Positions 25,084 to 39,309 of a stretch of DNA of 64,000 nt are shown here, one piece after another. Under the pieces are notes generated by a model that made no database searches, had not been told where the DNA came from, and worked only from the letters and a program-made list of their open reading frames with translations. Made by a program: the position numbers and the translations under genes. Origin of the DNA: Perna viridis (taxonomy: Eukaryota); the NCBI GenBank assembly GCA_037379345.1, contig CM074520.1:16657488-16721487 (forward strand), in the 5' to 3' direction. Each line of letters opens with the position of its first letter. The stretch's first letter is position 1.

Positions 25084-26360
25084 TACGGAAGCCCATTAGT
25101 GCCAGCTGTTCACTTATTTTTAAGTCATTATAACGACTTAGTATCTCGTTTAAACGACTTAGCTAACTTGTTTAAACGACTTCGTATCTCGTTTTAACGA
25201 CATAGCTTACTCGTTTAAATGACTTAGCATCTCGTTTAAACGACTTAGTATCTCGTTTTAACGACTTACTATCTCGTTTTAACGATATAGCTACCTCGTT
25301 TAAACGACTTAGTATCTCGTTATAACGACATGACTGGCGTTGTACCTACTTAGTTTATTTGTAATATCAGAACGAGGCTATCACATTCTGCACAGTTCGT
25401 TTTGTAAGACTCCATAGATGACATATAAGATACAGTAAGTGGATATATCATGAATTACAACTCGTATTCAAGTATGAAATAATCGCTAAATAAATACCCA
25501 AACACTGTGATTTATTTAATTCGAACGGAAGTTATTTGGCGATTTTACTTTGATTTAGGACTCAGATATACAGAAATATTGGAATATCTTGCACAAGTTC
25601 ATCACATTTTATTAGCATGAGAACATTAAAAAGGATTCTTAGAAAAGAAGGTTTGTTTCGACGAAAAAAATGTACAGATATGCTTCAAACTGCAGAATTC
25701 ACTGAAGAACAACTTGACCATGGTAGTCAGTTGGGTTATTGCTCTATGCCCTTGAGGTGAATCCAAAATTGATTGCGTATCGCAAGGAATACGATTATTG
25801 TGTTAATGCCAATATTAGATCCAAGATAAAATACATTTTAGACTTAAACGTCGACTACGGAGACGAAGGTATTTTGCACGTGGACAGAATTTTCTTCAAT
25901 TTGGCACCTTGACTCCTACGAAAAAGTAAACAAATATGATTACTACGATAAACTAAAAAAATATGGTATTTTATCAATGGATGCATAAATGGATTTTCCA
26001 GGAACTTGATCTGGTTGAATGCATACAAAACCAGCAGCAACCTCAGAGTTATAGCTGGCTACTACGTGGAAACAGTTGATAAGAAACAAATTGTCTCAAC
26101 CTTACGAGGGGCGATATGGGAACTGAACATGGACTCGTAGTACAAATGCAGGAATATTTAATGGGTCGACAGGGAAGCTTTATTTATGGCAGAATGACAG
26201 GGAACAAGTGCATTGAAATGTTCTGGTCTTTTTTTTTCGAAGACAATGCAGTCAATTGTGGATGGACGTTCGAGGAGTTATAAATAATAATGGCTATTTC
26301 AGAGGGAATTTCACTGATAAAAAAATAATGCAGTTTTGTTACATAGATTTAATTCAGGTA
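25084..26360 (+). mobile_element. Degenerate IS3EU-like DNA transposon (terminus, subterminal repeats, integrase-core transposase relic)
   Basis: Starts TACGGAAGCCC. ~21-bp repeats (ttaaacgacttagtatctcgt) occupy 25131-25330. Relic translation: YFDLGLRYTEILEYL..MRTLKRIL, RLRRRRYF, WHLDSY, NGCINGFSR.LIWL, RGDMGTE, FIYG...NKCIEMFWS. Confidence 0.7.
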
Positions 26361-26759
26361 AAATTAAAAAAAATAGTTGGATGGGCATTTAGGTTATTTA
26401 CTAGTAGTATAATGAGAGTAAACATGCATATTAAGAGATTTCCCATGGGAGAGCTCAACCCGGGGTCCTACTTTCTTCCTTAAATGCGAAAATTATGCAT
26501 TATATTCATTTTAAATGTTTCGTTATAAAGAATGTCTTAAATGATATATAAAAAACTCAAAGGGGCGGCTCCAGGATCCAATTATGCATGCGAACGCTTT
26601 ATTTGCAAAATTACCAACCTTCGAACTTCGAAATTCAATTTAGAGTAAGAGAGATTTAACGAACGTTTGTCGCTGCGCGAAGCTTGTACTTCGGTGGTTG
26701 TTCTTGTCTTCTTGTTTCATTGTTATTTTTTGTAGCGTATTTCCTAAGAATAGGCCGTT

Positions 26760-26930
26760 TGTCGTTTTTTTGAGTTGGTTCACATTTTATTGTTTAGGGG
26801 CTTTATACAGCCTACTTTGCAGTGTGTAGTCTTGTCCATTGTTGAAGGCTGTACGGTGACATATAGATGAATTTTTATTTGTACTTCGAACCTTTGTGTC
26901 ATTGACAATCATACCACATCCTTTATTTTG
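26760..26930 (+). repeat. Short interspersed repeat recalled as abundant in mussel genomes
   Basis: cattgttgaaggctgtacggtgac.tatag...caatcataccacatc motif. A related inverted fragment lies at ~49500-49580. Confidence 0.45.
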
Positions 26931-28574
26931 ATATTAGTATGGTACTTGAAAAAGATTTTCACAGGAGTATTCGTTGCAATAAATTTGTTTTGTCTAATAT
27001 CTGATGATAGAGTGGAATACACACAATATATGGCCATTAAAAAACCAGATCCACTCTGAACCAAAAAAAGTACTGTCCGTCACAGGAACTGTGATTTTTG
27101 ACCTGTTGTGTACTGCAAGTTTCTGATAAATTACTGTGGGATAACGATGAAATACTGTCATGAATTAAGTCAGATCATGACAGAAGTTCACAGTAAATAC
27201 TTTACACCTGACATTGTCATGTCATCTCCTGTCTAATACCGTGATAGGTGTTTATAGAAATGTGTCCAGTTGTCATAGCCTGTCCTGCACCGCAACAGTT
27301 CTTGATAGGTGATGACAATTTTCAGTGAACTATCATGGACTGTCGTAGATTGTCACAGGTGTTTACAGATTATTACACTAATTTAGTTGCTGTCTATAAC
27401 TGCCTTGAATTATCACAGTTCATGAAAGATATGCCTGTTGTGGGCTGTCCTGAGCTGTTAAGGGTAACAACAGATGAGAACAGTATAACTCGTCCGATTA
27501 TGAACATGTATGTCTTATAACAAAAAATGACAAGATTTGTTCGACCAGTTATGTACTGTTATCATGGCTTTTAGGTTACAGACCACCAATTCAACCAATG
27601 AGCATTTGGAACCTACGCGAAAATAGTCCTACGCAGAAATTACCCCTGTTCCTCATAGTGCTGTGAAAAAAGTTCTCATCTTCTTTAAAAAATTTAAACT
27701 GTTTCTGAAAGGAAAAACATTTCTGTACATTTTATAGGGGCATTTTGCTTCTTGTGATGTGAAGCCTAATCTCCGTAATGATTTCTAAATATACCCCTAT
27801 CTTGTGAAAACACTGGAATTTTCCATGCTATTTATAGACACTACACTTCCGGTGACCAGTACTGCATTGCAAGTCTGCTAACTCCACATGCCATTCTGAG
27901 GATTGTGAGCTGACATATGTAGAATCATGCTGATATATAGTCCTCTGCAGGTTAAAGTTAAGGTAAAGTCCAGAGAAGTCATTGAATATGGTGAAATTAG
28001 CATAGAAGCCTATGGGAAGTGGAATTAGTGGTTTCTAGCCTTTTACCGGACGAGAACTGGTCAAAAATCAAATATTAAATATTATCAAAAACAATTTTAT
28101 CCTGTCTAAACCAATAGCATATTTATAACTATCGTGATTTTGTAAAAACAAAATTTGTGAATTTGTTTAAAACAAATAATGGAAAATTTTGTATTTGTAG
28201 AACTTTTATTACATGTATTATAGCTCTGTCATGTATAAAGAACTAACCACATGAAAGTCAGTGGGAATTTTTCAACTTTTCTAAAACACGTGTGTTATAT
28301 TGGGCAATTAAAAAAAACAAACATATAAACATATTTGTAGTTTTTAAAAAAAAAATTGTTTTTAGATTCTTTAATTAATATCAATGAACGGATAAACACG
28401 CTGGTATGTGTGCCAAACTCAATGAACACTCTATTTTACATGTATGTTAACTTCCATTTTAAATTGATACAATGCATTCATCCTAGGGGTTTATTAAACT
28501 AACATGACTGTTCTCTTGTGTGTTTTTTTCGATAACATCGGTAATAAAATGTCGGGTTTTTTTTGGGGTTTTTT

Positions 28575-28650
28575 TTGTTTATTTGTTTGTTTGTTTGTTT
28601 GTTTGTTTGTTTGTTTGTTTTGTTTTGTTTTGTTTTGTTTTTGTTTATTA
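28575..28650. repeat. (TTTG)n/(TTTTG)n microsatellite
   Basis: Direct inspection. Confidence 0.9.
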
Positions 28651-30253
28651 TAAAAAAAAAACGATTTCTCTATTATATCAAAATTAATTAAATAACACTA
28701 AAGTTGAAAACAATAACACTAAAGTATTTCTGTATATCCTTCATTTCGTGCATTATAAATCTAGGATATCGTTGCTTCTAGCAGATAATTGAGTTGATAA
28801 TTCGACTGTCTTTGCTGATATAAACCACTAAAATCCCCCAAAAAATCTTTCGTAACACAGTTTTAGCCAATCATTTGCACGATATGAGAGACGCTGACCA
28901 TCAGCTGACTATTCCTGTACTTGGTTTATTTTTTTTTCGTGCTAACACTTATACTCAATACTGTTAGACCCGGTTTGCACTCATATGTGGTACTTGAAAT
29001 CGATTTTTTTTTCAAATTGTTAAATATTTTTCTTATGGAAAAATGCTCATAAAGCAGTCCAGGAGGTAGGTATAGATTCTTTAAAGTGCATTTTATTGAG
29101 AACACAAGTTGAATATGGTCCATATTTGCTGGAGAAAAAACTTGGGTATCAAGGTTAAATAGGACCTTCCTTTTACATACCTTTGAACAATTCATGTTCC
29201 ATACACGTACGTATATATCGTGTATATGAATTTTTCGACGTTTTGTTGCAAAATCCATGGCTTTCAGGAATCTGTTAAATTGGGGTAGTCCAATTAGCTG
29301 CTCATTACTGTAACATGAAGTTTTGGGGACTCTTCATACATATAGTGGTTATGTACACATAAAAGTACTGTGTACATGTAAGTACATTCCCGAGGAACTA
29401 GCTCCAACGGTTTTTAGTTTTGCTATATATGTATATGTCAGACTGCATGTACTGACAACTCTTAATATGATTTTTGATTTAACCATTTTTTTGTTTATGA
29501 CTTCGTAAAATTTATACATGTACATAAATATATAATTTTAATCACCTTCAATACATACTTAAATATTTTACATATAAATATTACTCTGTTTTTAAGATTT
29601 TTACCACATAAGTTCTTTTTAATACTTAAAGTTTACTCATTTTTTTTGGGGGGTTAAAATTCGGATCGATTTATAGAAAACCGTCACGTTATGACTTTTT
29701 ATACATGTTATTGTGTGTTGTTAAACTGTATGTACGACGGGTCCGTCAAGTCTACATTTGTTAAATTAAGTATGTTTTATGCATGTACAAAAGTACATTA
29801 AGGGTAAACCGGTTTACTGGATTTTGAAATCAAAACACTTAAATACATGTATGAACACGAACAAAGTCTTAACTTGACAAACCTTTGATTATTATTATTC
29901 AGGTTTCTGTATATATGTGCATGTATTTGTATTACTAAAGATTCTCCCGCAATATTATTTCTCCATGAGAATGGTAAAATTTTTCTGACTTGGGTTGGGG
30001 CATGAAGGAACGGAATTCCAACCTCATCTTACATTGTAGTAGTAGTCTATATAGTTGGTAAAATTTGATTTTCAACATTAGCTTTAGCATAATAAGTGGA
30101 GAAATAGTTTAGGAAATTGAAGTCAGGTTGTAATTATAAGCTCCTCTTCTGAGGTCATTTTATTATGATATTGTACACATATGTGCATGCAAGTTAAAAT
30201 ACATTGCACGTGCAATGTTCTTTAAAAAATGTTTTACAGCCATAGTGATGTCA

Positions 30254-30483
30254 CAGGGACGGATTCAGACGAGGCGTGCACCCCCTAAAATTTGCAATGC
30301 ATGGGTTGCCAGGGGTAGATTAGGCGGTTTTAGGTTGGAAATTTAATTTCTCTCTAATTTTATCACAAAAGATATCTATATTGCACCCACTCTAAAAAAT
30401 TTTTTGCCTCGCTCCTCTCGGCGAAATTTTGACTGTGCCCCCGCCCCCCGCCTTATTTAAAATCAATCCTGGATTCGCCCCTG
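30254..30483. mobile_element. Short MITE with CAGGG..CGGAT / ..GGATTCGCCCCTG ends (family with several decayed copies in the window)
   Basis: Imperfect terminal inverted repeats, with tgtca flanking both ends. Related copies at ~24575-24740, 34070-34205, 40533-40680, 53275-53425 and 57700-57880. Confidence 0.5.
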
Positions 30484-33364
30484 TGTCAGATGATGTTTTC
30501 CTTAGACATTGATTTTGAATTACACAGTTAGATTTTCTGTATATGATTATAGATGTAGAGTAACACTCAATCAATACATGCAGGCATTGATATACAACTA
30601 CATGTATGTTAAAAAAACACAATACTTTTGATTATTTTTGTAAAGTATTAAAAATAAATGTCTACTCTTTTTCTTATATTTGCTGATAGACAAATATGGA
30701 TGAATCGTTATTTTTTTTTTTTTTTTTTGGTAAAAGGATGAGGGTTTTGTTTAGTGTCAAGACATTAATACTACACACGAAAAAGTGCCTAAGTTTTATT
30801 AAAATGTGAAGATTTACAGGATTTAATGAAACAGAGCTTCTACAGAAAAGTCAATGACAGTGTTTTGAAATACTGAATGTACACACACGTTACGTTGGTT
30901 CTGAAACCAAACGATACTGGCAGTACCTCTTGATATATTTTATACAGCTGCAAAACAAGTACTATAGTATACAGTTTTTGTATAAGGAAACATTTTGCAG
31001 GCTACCAATGTATATAACTATTTAGAAGTTGATTAAAATTGTTTGATACAAAATGTAGTTGAAATATTGATTTTGAAGTGTTAACTGTAAGCCAGTATCG
31101 ATGGATTTAGTCTTAAAGGTCCTTCATATACCGGTATTTTAACTTTGTTCCATAAGAATTTCGAATGTGACTGTTGAGTACATGACTGTAAGTGGGATTT
31201 TTTTTTTCATTATGCAGTTTTATTTTCTTTTCCTAGACGACTGTTTAACTAGGACTAATGTGAAAACAAAGACCTTATAGGCGTAAATTCTTAGCAAATC
31301 ACACACTACTAAGTTGGTCGTAAGGAAGAGTAATTGACAGGCTTTTTAGGGAATTGAAAATGGAGCATTCCCAAACCCCGAATTTGCCTTATATAAATTT
31401 TATGATCTATATATTTAATATAGTAGTGTCACCGTAAAACATTGTATATTGGTATGGTGCTGACAGCGGCTTCGCCGTCGGCGGCGTCCGTGTCGTCGTC
31501 CATATTCACTTGGTTTTCGTGCGATGACTTAATAGTTATGGTTGATCAATTGATATGGAATTTTAATATGATATTATTCACTACTAAAGAAATGCTCTTA
31601 TTTGATTTTGAGTTTATGGCCCCTACCATCTTAAAATAAAGGTCACCCATGCAATAGACAGATACCACATTGTAGGTTTCTGTTAATAAAAAACTGAGAG
31701 TCCAGGATTTTATTAAGCTAACCTATATAAAGTGAAATGGCCAATCCTTAACATGACCGAGCAAGTTCAACACATCCATGCAAGTACACCTTCAAGGAAG
31801 AAGCATTGTAATATGTATATGACTTGTCCTATGGCAATCCATAGTGGAATTTGTTTCCCATTTAGATTTTTAGTAAAACATGTTAATTTATCAACATGTG
31901 CATAATTCAATTATTGATATCAATAAATGGAGAAGTTTTTTAGACAATGCAAACACGTTCAAGACAAAACGTATATATATTCAAATTTGCTCTTTGGGCA
32001 ATACCAGTCTGCGTCCATACTTGCCCCTCGGGCAATACTAGTCTGTGTCCACACTTGTTACATAAAAATAATTTTGAAAATAAAATCACATACGGACCAG
32101 ATTTTGGGATTATAAGGATATAACACACATCAGGCAACATTTTAATAAATGATTTTATTTTGAAGAGAAACCGGTTTGAATAGACGAGAGTGAAATTCAA
32201 GATAACCTGGTTAATCATTGCATCTGAGTCCATGATCCGTGAATTTCTAATACACAAATACATCTTAATTGAATTATACATACGTACGTAGCCTGAACTG
32301 AAGTACAATACTCAGTCACATTTATTTTTCAGCCTATTTATCCCAATTTTTCTGCAAAAAATTAAATTTTCCATAAATGAGCTGGTTGAATAAAAATGTA
32401 ACAATGGAAAATGCGGATATGATTCTCAAATTTTTGTATTTTCATTTATTTTCGGGACAAACGGTATATTCAAATTTGTCGCCTTGATAACAAGGTAGCG
32501 TACATACAACTACCATTTCTGCCTTTCCTCGCTCATTTCCAATTTAAAATAAATTTTGGGTTTTATGTTCATCATACATGGTATATGCAAAAGGTTCAGG
32601 CAAAAATCTCATCGTATGTGTTTTATATTTACATTTTAACCAATTTTCCATTTTATGGAAGACATACTTGTACGCCACAAAAATGTTTCGGCCATTTTTG
32701 ATCAAACGGCACTAAAACCTAATATTCTGGAATAAAATCCAGTGTTTTTTCGAAAATGAGAAAAGTTCTCGAAAAAAACCCCCACTTTTTAGAATTTCTG
32801 GATTCGAACTCCAGTCATGTAATTTCTGGATCGTCTTGCATAAGTTTGGTTTATTGAAGAAAACGAAGAGAAGAAGAGTGGTATTAATACTGGTCGGTAA
32901 AATTTAAATACACTTACTTTACAACTTAAAAATGTATATCTCACAAAATCCCAGCCCATATCTATACATAATTATGTGTGTTAATTGGGTGTTCTTTTCT
33001 TCAAATATCACACACATACTAAATCAATTTGTCAACAACAATTTGAAAATAATTGAAGTAAGAGCAGAATTTGACGATATGAATTGCATTAGCACGTAAC
33101 AAAGTTTCAAAGGAGTTATTAAACCAAAATTATCATCTTGCATTTAATTCATTATTTTATAAGAAAAAATGTGTGTAAACGTGATCAACAAAAAAGGCAT
33201 GGACCCCTTTTCTACGACTTTTGCTTCGCCCTTCAATTTACGTGCTAACATGTTAATATTTAACGCATACGTTGGTTATGACAAGCATTTTATGTATTTG
33301 GTGTTTCCCAAAAGACAATTATGGCTGAAATCATGTAATCCATAAAAATTGATTATGTATACTG

Positions 33365-33680
33365 AGAGCATGCAAGCTCACAAAGAGATACCCCCTTCAA
33401 ATGAAGTTGAAACTATACATTGTAATTCGGAAGTTCAATTATCTCAATTTGGAGTCCTCTATATTCCTTTATGCACATTTGCGTATGATTCCCAATCTTT
33501 CTACTAAGTTTCATCAGCATCCCTTATTATACGCGGTTAAAGAGGAGTTGCGTTTACAAGAAGTGAGGATAGACGGACAGACAGACATACAGACGGGAGA
33601 TATCTATATACCCCAAACTTAGACAGACAGATATACGGGTTGATTCCTATGTAACCCAAATCTTTGTTTGCGGGGTATAC
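33365..33680 (+). mobile_element. HINE-like element
   Basis: (gaca/gacg)n microsatellite followed by a 3' acccc...tttgtttgcggggtat stem, which is partly duplicated. Confidence 0.5.
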
Positions 33681-35235
33681 CAAAGCAATAATATGCAGTT
33701 AAATGTTAAGAGTGAATGTGGATTTTCGGGAGATTATGACAATTTTACAGCTGGAATATTAAGGTCAAATAACATGAATTTTGTTCATAGTCATGTGACA
33801 TCAGTATACACTCATACAGCAATGGTGAAAATACATCGAAAGTTTGAGAGGCATTTTCTGGAAGATAAAATTACTTTAACAAGTTTACATTTATGTATGC
33901 ACGGTTTGTTTAAGCATTTTCAAAATCAAATGCATACCTGCTAAAAGAATTATGGACAGACCATGTTTTGGCCAATAGATTAACGTAGATGCATGTAGAA
34001 GTGGGATTTTTTTTCTATGTAAAGTATACTGCAACTAGTGGTTCACACTGGCATATCATTTTCTACAGACGGGGCCGGATACCGAAATTTTGATGAAGAT
34101 AGCGGATTCTGGCTTGTTGATAGCTTGATTTTTTTGCATGAAATTAACATTTTCAGACAAAACGGGTGCTCCGATCTGGGATCCCGGTCCCTGGATCTCC
34201 CACTGCGTAGGCATGTAGGTTTACAATTGATAGCAAATATATTGTGACTAATGTTTCATATATGCAACACGGCAATCTTGTAAAACCCTACTTTTGTATT
34301 ATTTTGTGGTAGGCTGAGTTAGTTTTAATATATGGAAAACCTCTATTAAAACAAAAACAATTTAATAGCATAACACCATTAATTCAATAGTAGGCGTCAA
34401 CCTATTTATTTTCTTAAAACTTTTGAAACAAACTTAGAAAATCCATAGCACAACCCCCCCCCCCCTTTCCGAAAATCAAAAGATTTTTGTCCAATAAGGT
34501 TGCCATTATGAAATTTACATAATATAGATATTAACGGGTAGTCTAGATCGTTATTTATTCAATACTAACACGTAAGTAGGCAACTATAACTTACATGTAC
34601 TTGTTTTTTTTAGCATACAGTTTAAGTAAAGACACTACGGCCATACGTACACCAGCAATGCTAGACGTTGAATTCATGGCAAGCTATTTTATGACTTGGT
34701 AACATACGGCACACGTAGGCGCGAGTATACTAAAAAAACTTTATAATACAAAGTCAAGTCTGTCTTAGGCTATCACCTGTACTCTACAATAATCTGTCTA
34801 AAAAGACAATATATTTTGGAACATAAAATAAAGTATCTGAGGACAATGTTTGATACATTTTAAAATTAACCAACATGCACCTGTGAATTTTTTTCAGGAA
34901 AAGGGATAACATTGGACTGGTTGCCTTTGATAGTCTATAAGTGTAGTATACATGTAGATGATATTTGCAGTGAGAAAGCTTGATGATCAAGACCACAGCA
35001 TGATTATTTGCAAGATCTTACAGTTTGTTCGAAGACATCTCTCTACATTTTATTCCTTAATACATTGTAACACATCTTTTGAAGACCGGGTGTGTTCATC
35101 ATATTGCCTATAGGTTTACATCGTATGATACAGCTTTAAATGTAAGGAAAGTACGTGTATGAGGAAAAGCATTTATTGTGGAGCAGTACTCTCCTTTTTA
35201 TATGTTGTTTTTGACATAAGCTATACCAACATTTC

Positions 35236-35563
35236 ATCGGACTAATCTACCATAGCGCTGCTCCATAGGAAAGAAATCGGACTAATCTACCTTAGCGAGG
35301 CTCCATAGGAAAGAAATCGGACTAATCTACCATAGCGCTGCTCCATAGGAAAGAAATCAGACTAATCTAACATAGCGCTGCTCCATAGGAAAGAAATCGG
35401 ACTAATCTACCTTAGCGAGGCTCCATAGGAAAGAAATCGGACTAATCTACCATAGCGCTGCTCCATAGGAAAGAAATCGGACTAATCTACCATAGCGCTG
35501 CTCCATAGGAAAGAAATCGGACTAATCTACCATAGCGCTGCTCCATAGGAAAGAAATCGGACT
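35236..35563. repeat. 40-bp minisatellite, ~8 near-identical copies
   Basis: Unit atcggactaatctaccatagcgctgctccataggaaagaa. The variant cttagcgagg occurs in units 2 and 5. Confidence 0.95.
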
Positions 35564-35649
35564 TGCGCTATATAACACTCCTGCACCGCAGCATGCAGTA
35601 ATCTGAATGGAAGCTATTTAATCACATTTATAATGATAAATGGAATCCA

Positions 35650-36075
35650 GGACGTTTCGATCAGAGGACGTTTTGGACTAGGACATTTTAGCCTAAGATA
35701 TTTCGGCCTTCGACCTTTTGAAAAGGTGGACGTATCCGCCAAAATATATTTATTTCCCGTGTAAGTGTTTAAGTCCAAGTATAATAATGGAAATTGTTAT
35801 AGAGCGGTTTTCGTCATTTAGGTAAAAAATTATGTCTTAATTCATAGGCGGATCCCAGGGGATAAAGTACCCCTGTCCACCTCCTCAGTACTGAATGAAC
35901 TTTTTCTGCAAAGGATGGCAAATGAGCTTCTGCAAAGGTTAGCAAATGAGCGCTAAATTCATATATTTTCAGTAGAAACGTGCTTCCGCAAAAACATTCA
36001 AGGCTTAAATATCCTTAGCCAAAATTTCCTAGACCGAAACAACTTAGGCCTAAACGTCCATTTGCCGAAACGTCC
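35650..36075. mobile_element. MITE-like element with ggacgtttcg/cgaaacgtcc ends and subterminal repeats
   Basis: Repeated ggacgttt motifs on the left and aaacgtcc motifs on the right. Confidence 0.45.
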
Positions 36076-36510
36076 GCCCACTTGCGAGATGATGCCAGTA
36101 CATTTCTTAGTACATGTATACGTTCAGGAAGGCTCGTTGTAATTTCTTATTATTAAGTATTACCACTGAAAAATATTTTGGATTTTCGATTCTACATTGA
36201 GAACAAACACTTCACATTACAATTTCTTCTGTTTATCAAATATATAAGTTCAAGCACAATGTCTTAAAAAAACATTCAACATTGCATCATTTAATTCATG
36301 TTAATGAAATATTTGGTCGCTAAAAACCTTTTTAAGTCATTTCATTGTCATCAAATAAGAAATATTGGTCCAGTAGTTAGTCTCAATTATTTTTTCTCTT
36401 AAAATCGTCTTGTAGCTTGTAAAATTATGCCATTTTGCACTAAACGTCATAGTACGAGTCAATGATTCATTTAGCTCCTGTATATACAATGTATATGCAT
36501 TTATAATTCT

Positions 36511-36573
36511 CGTCTGAATATAGCTGAAATATTGCTGCTCGGACGCTAAACCCCAACAAACAAACAAACAAAG
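36511..36573 (+). mobile_element. 3' tail fragment of the SINE at 41104-41610
   Basis: cgtctgaatatagctgaaatattgctgctcggacg.taaaccccaacaaacaaac is nearly identical to 41551-41608. Confidence 0.85.
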
Positions 36574-36726
36574 CATTTACTATCCTTTCAAATGATAGTG
36601 TATAGTCTTAAATATGAGGGAATAAAATAACATCTTTTTGTCTTAGTGTACATGTACTTAGACTAGTCTTTACGGTGTTAAGGTTGACCGACCTACATTG
36701 TATCGTACATGTATGACTAGTTTAAA

Positions 36727-37626
36727 AGTAGTAGACCTGTGGTACCCCCAAAATTTTCCAATAATTCAATTTTCTTTAAATTTGTACACGATATTACACT
36801 AACTGTCGTACCATTTGTCAAATTCTTAAGAAATTTCACCTTGCAGATTTTGAACAATGAAGACTAAAATATTGCTATTTTTCGAAATCCGAGTCATTGG
36901 CCAAACTGAACCATATCTGGTATTTTAGGGTCATTTTGACAATATATTTAAATAAATAACTGAATATTAAGTCAAATACACTTTAAAAGGATTAATATAT
37001 CAGATTTAATAACAAATTTTATTCTTTCCATTTTGTAGAAGAGATACTAGGCTTTTAATTTACCCAAATAACAAAAAAAGGGAGGGGTAATTTTCAGCTA
37101 TTCGCTTATTATATAAAAACCTCTATTTTGCCAAAAAAAAAGCATAATTCAATTTTCGTATAATCTGATATTATATGGACTATTCATATACAAATCAATG
37201 AATACATTTTAAGAAAATTTCACCGTTATCTTTTTGATAATTAATCATTACCGGCTAAAATCATGTTCGTATTCAATAAGGTTACCAACCAAGTATCAAA
37301 TTATGATGACTTATATTGATGAAAGAGCATTGCCAGGCACAGCTTGAGTCAACTACTGTTGCAAATTAATGTTACACAAATATTTATACTTCGGCACGAA
37401 GGGACATCCTCAATGTACCCATTTGAAATATTTAATCAATACTTCAATAGAGCTGAGTTAGTGGGGCTTGCATCTTTGTTCTAGAAGTTGAACCCTTTCT
37501 TGGAGTTATTTCCCTTTAACATCAGTATCACTTTGAAGCTTGCATATTAGGTGTCATTCAAACGCTCTAGTGACTAAATAAAATCCTTTCAATTTGGATT
37601 ACCTCCCTTACCCCAGGTCTACTACC
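36727..37626. mobile_element. Kolobok-like non-autonomous DNA transposon (~900 bp)
   Basis: TIRs agtagtagacctgtggta / taccccaggtctactacc. TTAA lies at the right end and a degenerate T(T/A)AA at the left. Confidence 0.65.
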
Positions 37627-39219
37627 TTAAACGTGGTATACATCCACCTGTGTAATGGATACAATAAACTGGATGGCGTTATGGAAAGCGTCGTTTAAAT
37701 ATAATATGATGAAGGTGAAACCTTTTAACGCTCCCGAAAAAAACATTGATTAAAAACAAAGATAATTTTTGTCAGCTCTGATTTGATATTTATACTTATA
37801 ACCTTCAAGTATGGCAAATTTTGTGATGATATATATTTCTCCTAAAGCATTATACTAATTGTCGTGGTCTGATATGTCTATTGGGCGAAATGTCCGGCAT
37901 TCATAAGGAATTATTGGTTGTCATGGTCCGAAATGTCTTTGGGTCGAATTGTTCGGCACTGGTTAACAATATGGTTCTTATATTTGGGAAACGTCTTCAA
38001 AGATTTCTTTTGTTGGATTTAGTTTCGCTTCATTCTGTTCCATTTTGTATAGTTAAATTATGTTTTCATAACGATTTGATTCATTTTATCGAATTGATTC
38101 GTTTCGATTCTTTCTTTCATCGATTATTTTCGTTTCGTTTTGGTTGTTTTCGTTTCGCAATTTTTATGACCCTAAAATTATGGGTAATATTGATTACGTA
38201 ATTTTCGTAAACATCTAGACGCCACATTGCAGACTATAATGCCAACCCTATCTTGGAAAATCTATGATTCGATTCGACTAGCAAATATTTTCCGAGACTG
38301 GTTTGGCTCTCAATCACACATTTACAAGTATACGCAAATGAAGCTGCCATTATGCTGTTTTTCAGCTCCTGAAAATGCAGGTACAAACCGGATATTGATG
38401 CTTTTTCTTGCCATAAGTATACAGAACCAAGTCGATAATACAACCATAAACGCTCCCTTCGGGAGTGTATTACGATGTACATAATTATATTTCTTGAATC
38501 ATGAATTTTCTTAAAATTTGATCAACTTCCTGCGCTTGTTTGTGTTTTTTTATAGACGCATCAATTAAAAGAAATGTTGACATATATTATTTTCACCAAT
38601 ATAATACATGTACTGGTACCAATTATTATTGATTTATTTATTGATTGATTGACTGATTTATGTATTCATTATGTTTATTTTGTTTTGTTTATATTTACCA
38701 GATGTAATAACGGAACGCAATTCATATCCAACACAAATAGACGAAAACTTATTTACAAATTTCATACGCGTGTAACTAATTTTTTCATGGATGTCACGTT
38801 TTTACGCTATTATTGCATATAAGTCATTTTAACTCTCTCATGGCGACAATGGACACCATTATTGGTATACGTGTACCTCCATTCATTCAATCCAGAAGTA
38901 ATCAAATTTATCGATACTAAGAAGTTAGCAAAGTACATAAAAAACTGTCGATTATCACACTTTAAGGTTAGTTCTAGAGCAACGATTTTCAAATCTCAAG
39001 ACGCATGCATACTGTCTTTATTACTGCAGGATATGCTAACATACGTGGAAGTTCTAAGCTGTATCATTTGCCTATTTTGTCCCAGTTAACTAAATTTTCA
39101 AAAAAGAGGGGTCTGTATCTGTCACTCAAAATCCAAAATGATTTGCATATCTTCTGAAGAACGAAAGGGGAATCAATAAATTAAATACTGACTTAAAGAC
39201 TTACGCATAGTGTTTACTG

Positions 39220-39309
39220 CAATCTCCGAAACAGAGGTTGGTAGCTCCTTCGTTCCTGTACTGTGTTTGTTTGACGTAGGAGATACAAGGACCTCTGTTT
39301 CAGAGATTG
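39220..39309. mobile_element. 90-bp MITE with 19-bp TIRs and 9-bp TSD
   Basis: TIRs caatctccgaaacagaggt / acctctgtttcagagattg (18/19 match). tgtttactg is duplicated at 39211-39219 and 39310-39318. Confidence 0.85.

Noticed and set aside
27052-27520. CACTC-starting region rich in tgtca/tgaca motifs as a CACTA-type element
   Set aside because: No matching second terminus or TSD was found.
35236-35563. CRISPR-like array
   Set aside because: Units are contiguous with no unique spacers, there are no cas genes, and the context is eukaryotic. The same applies to 23289-23613 and 25131-25330.
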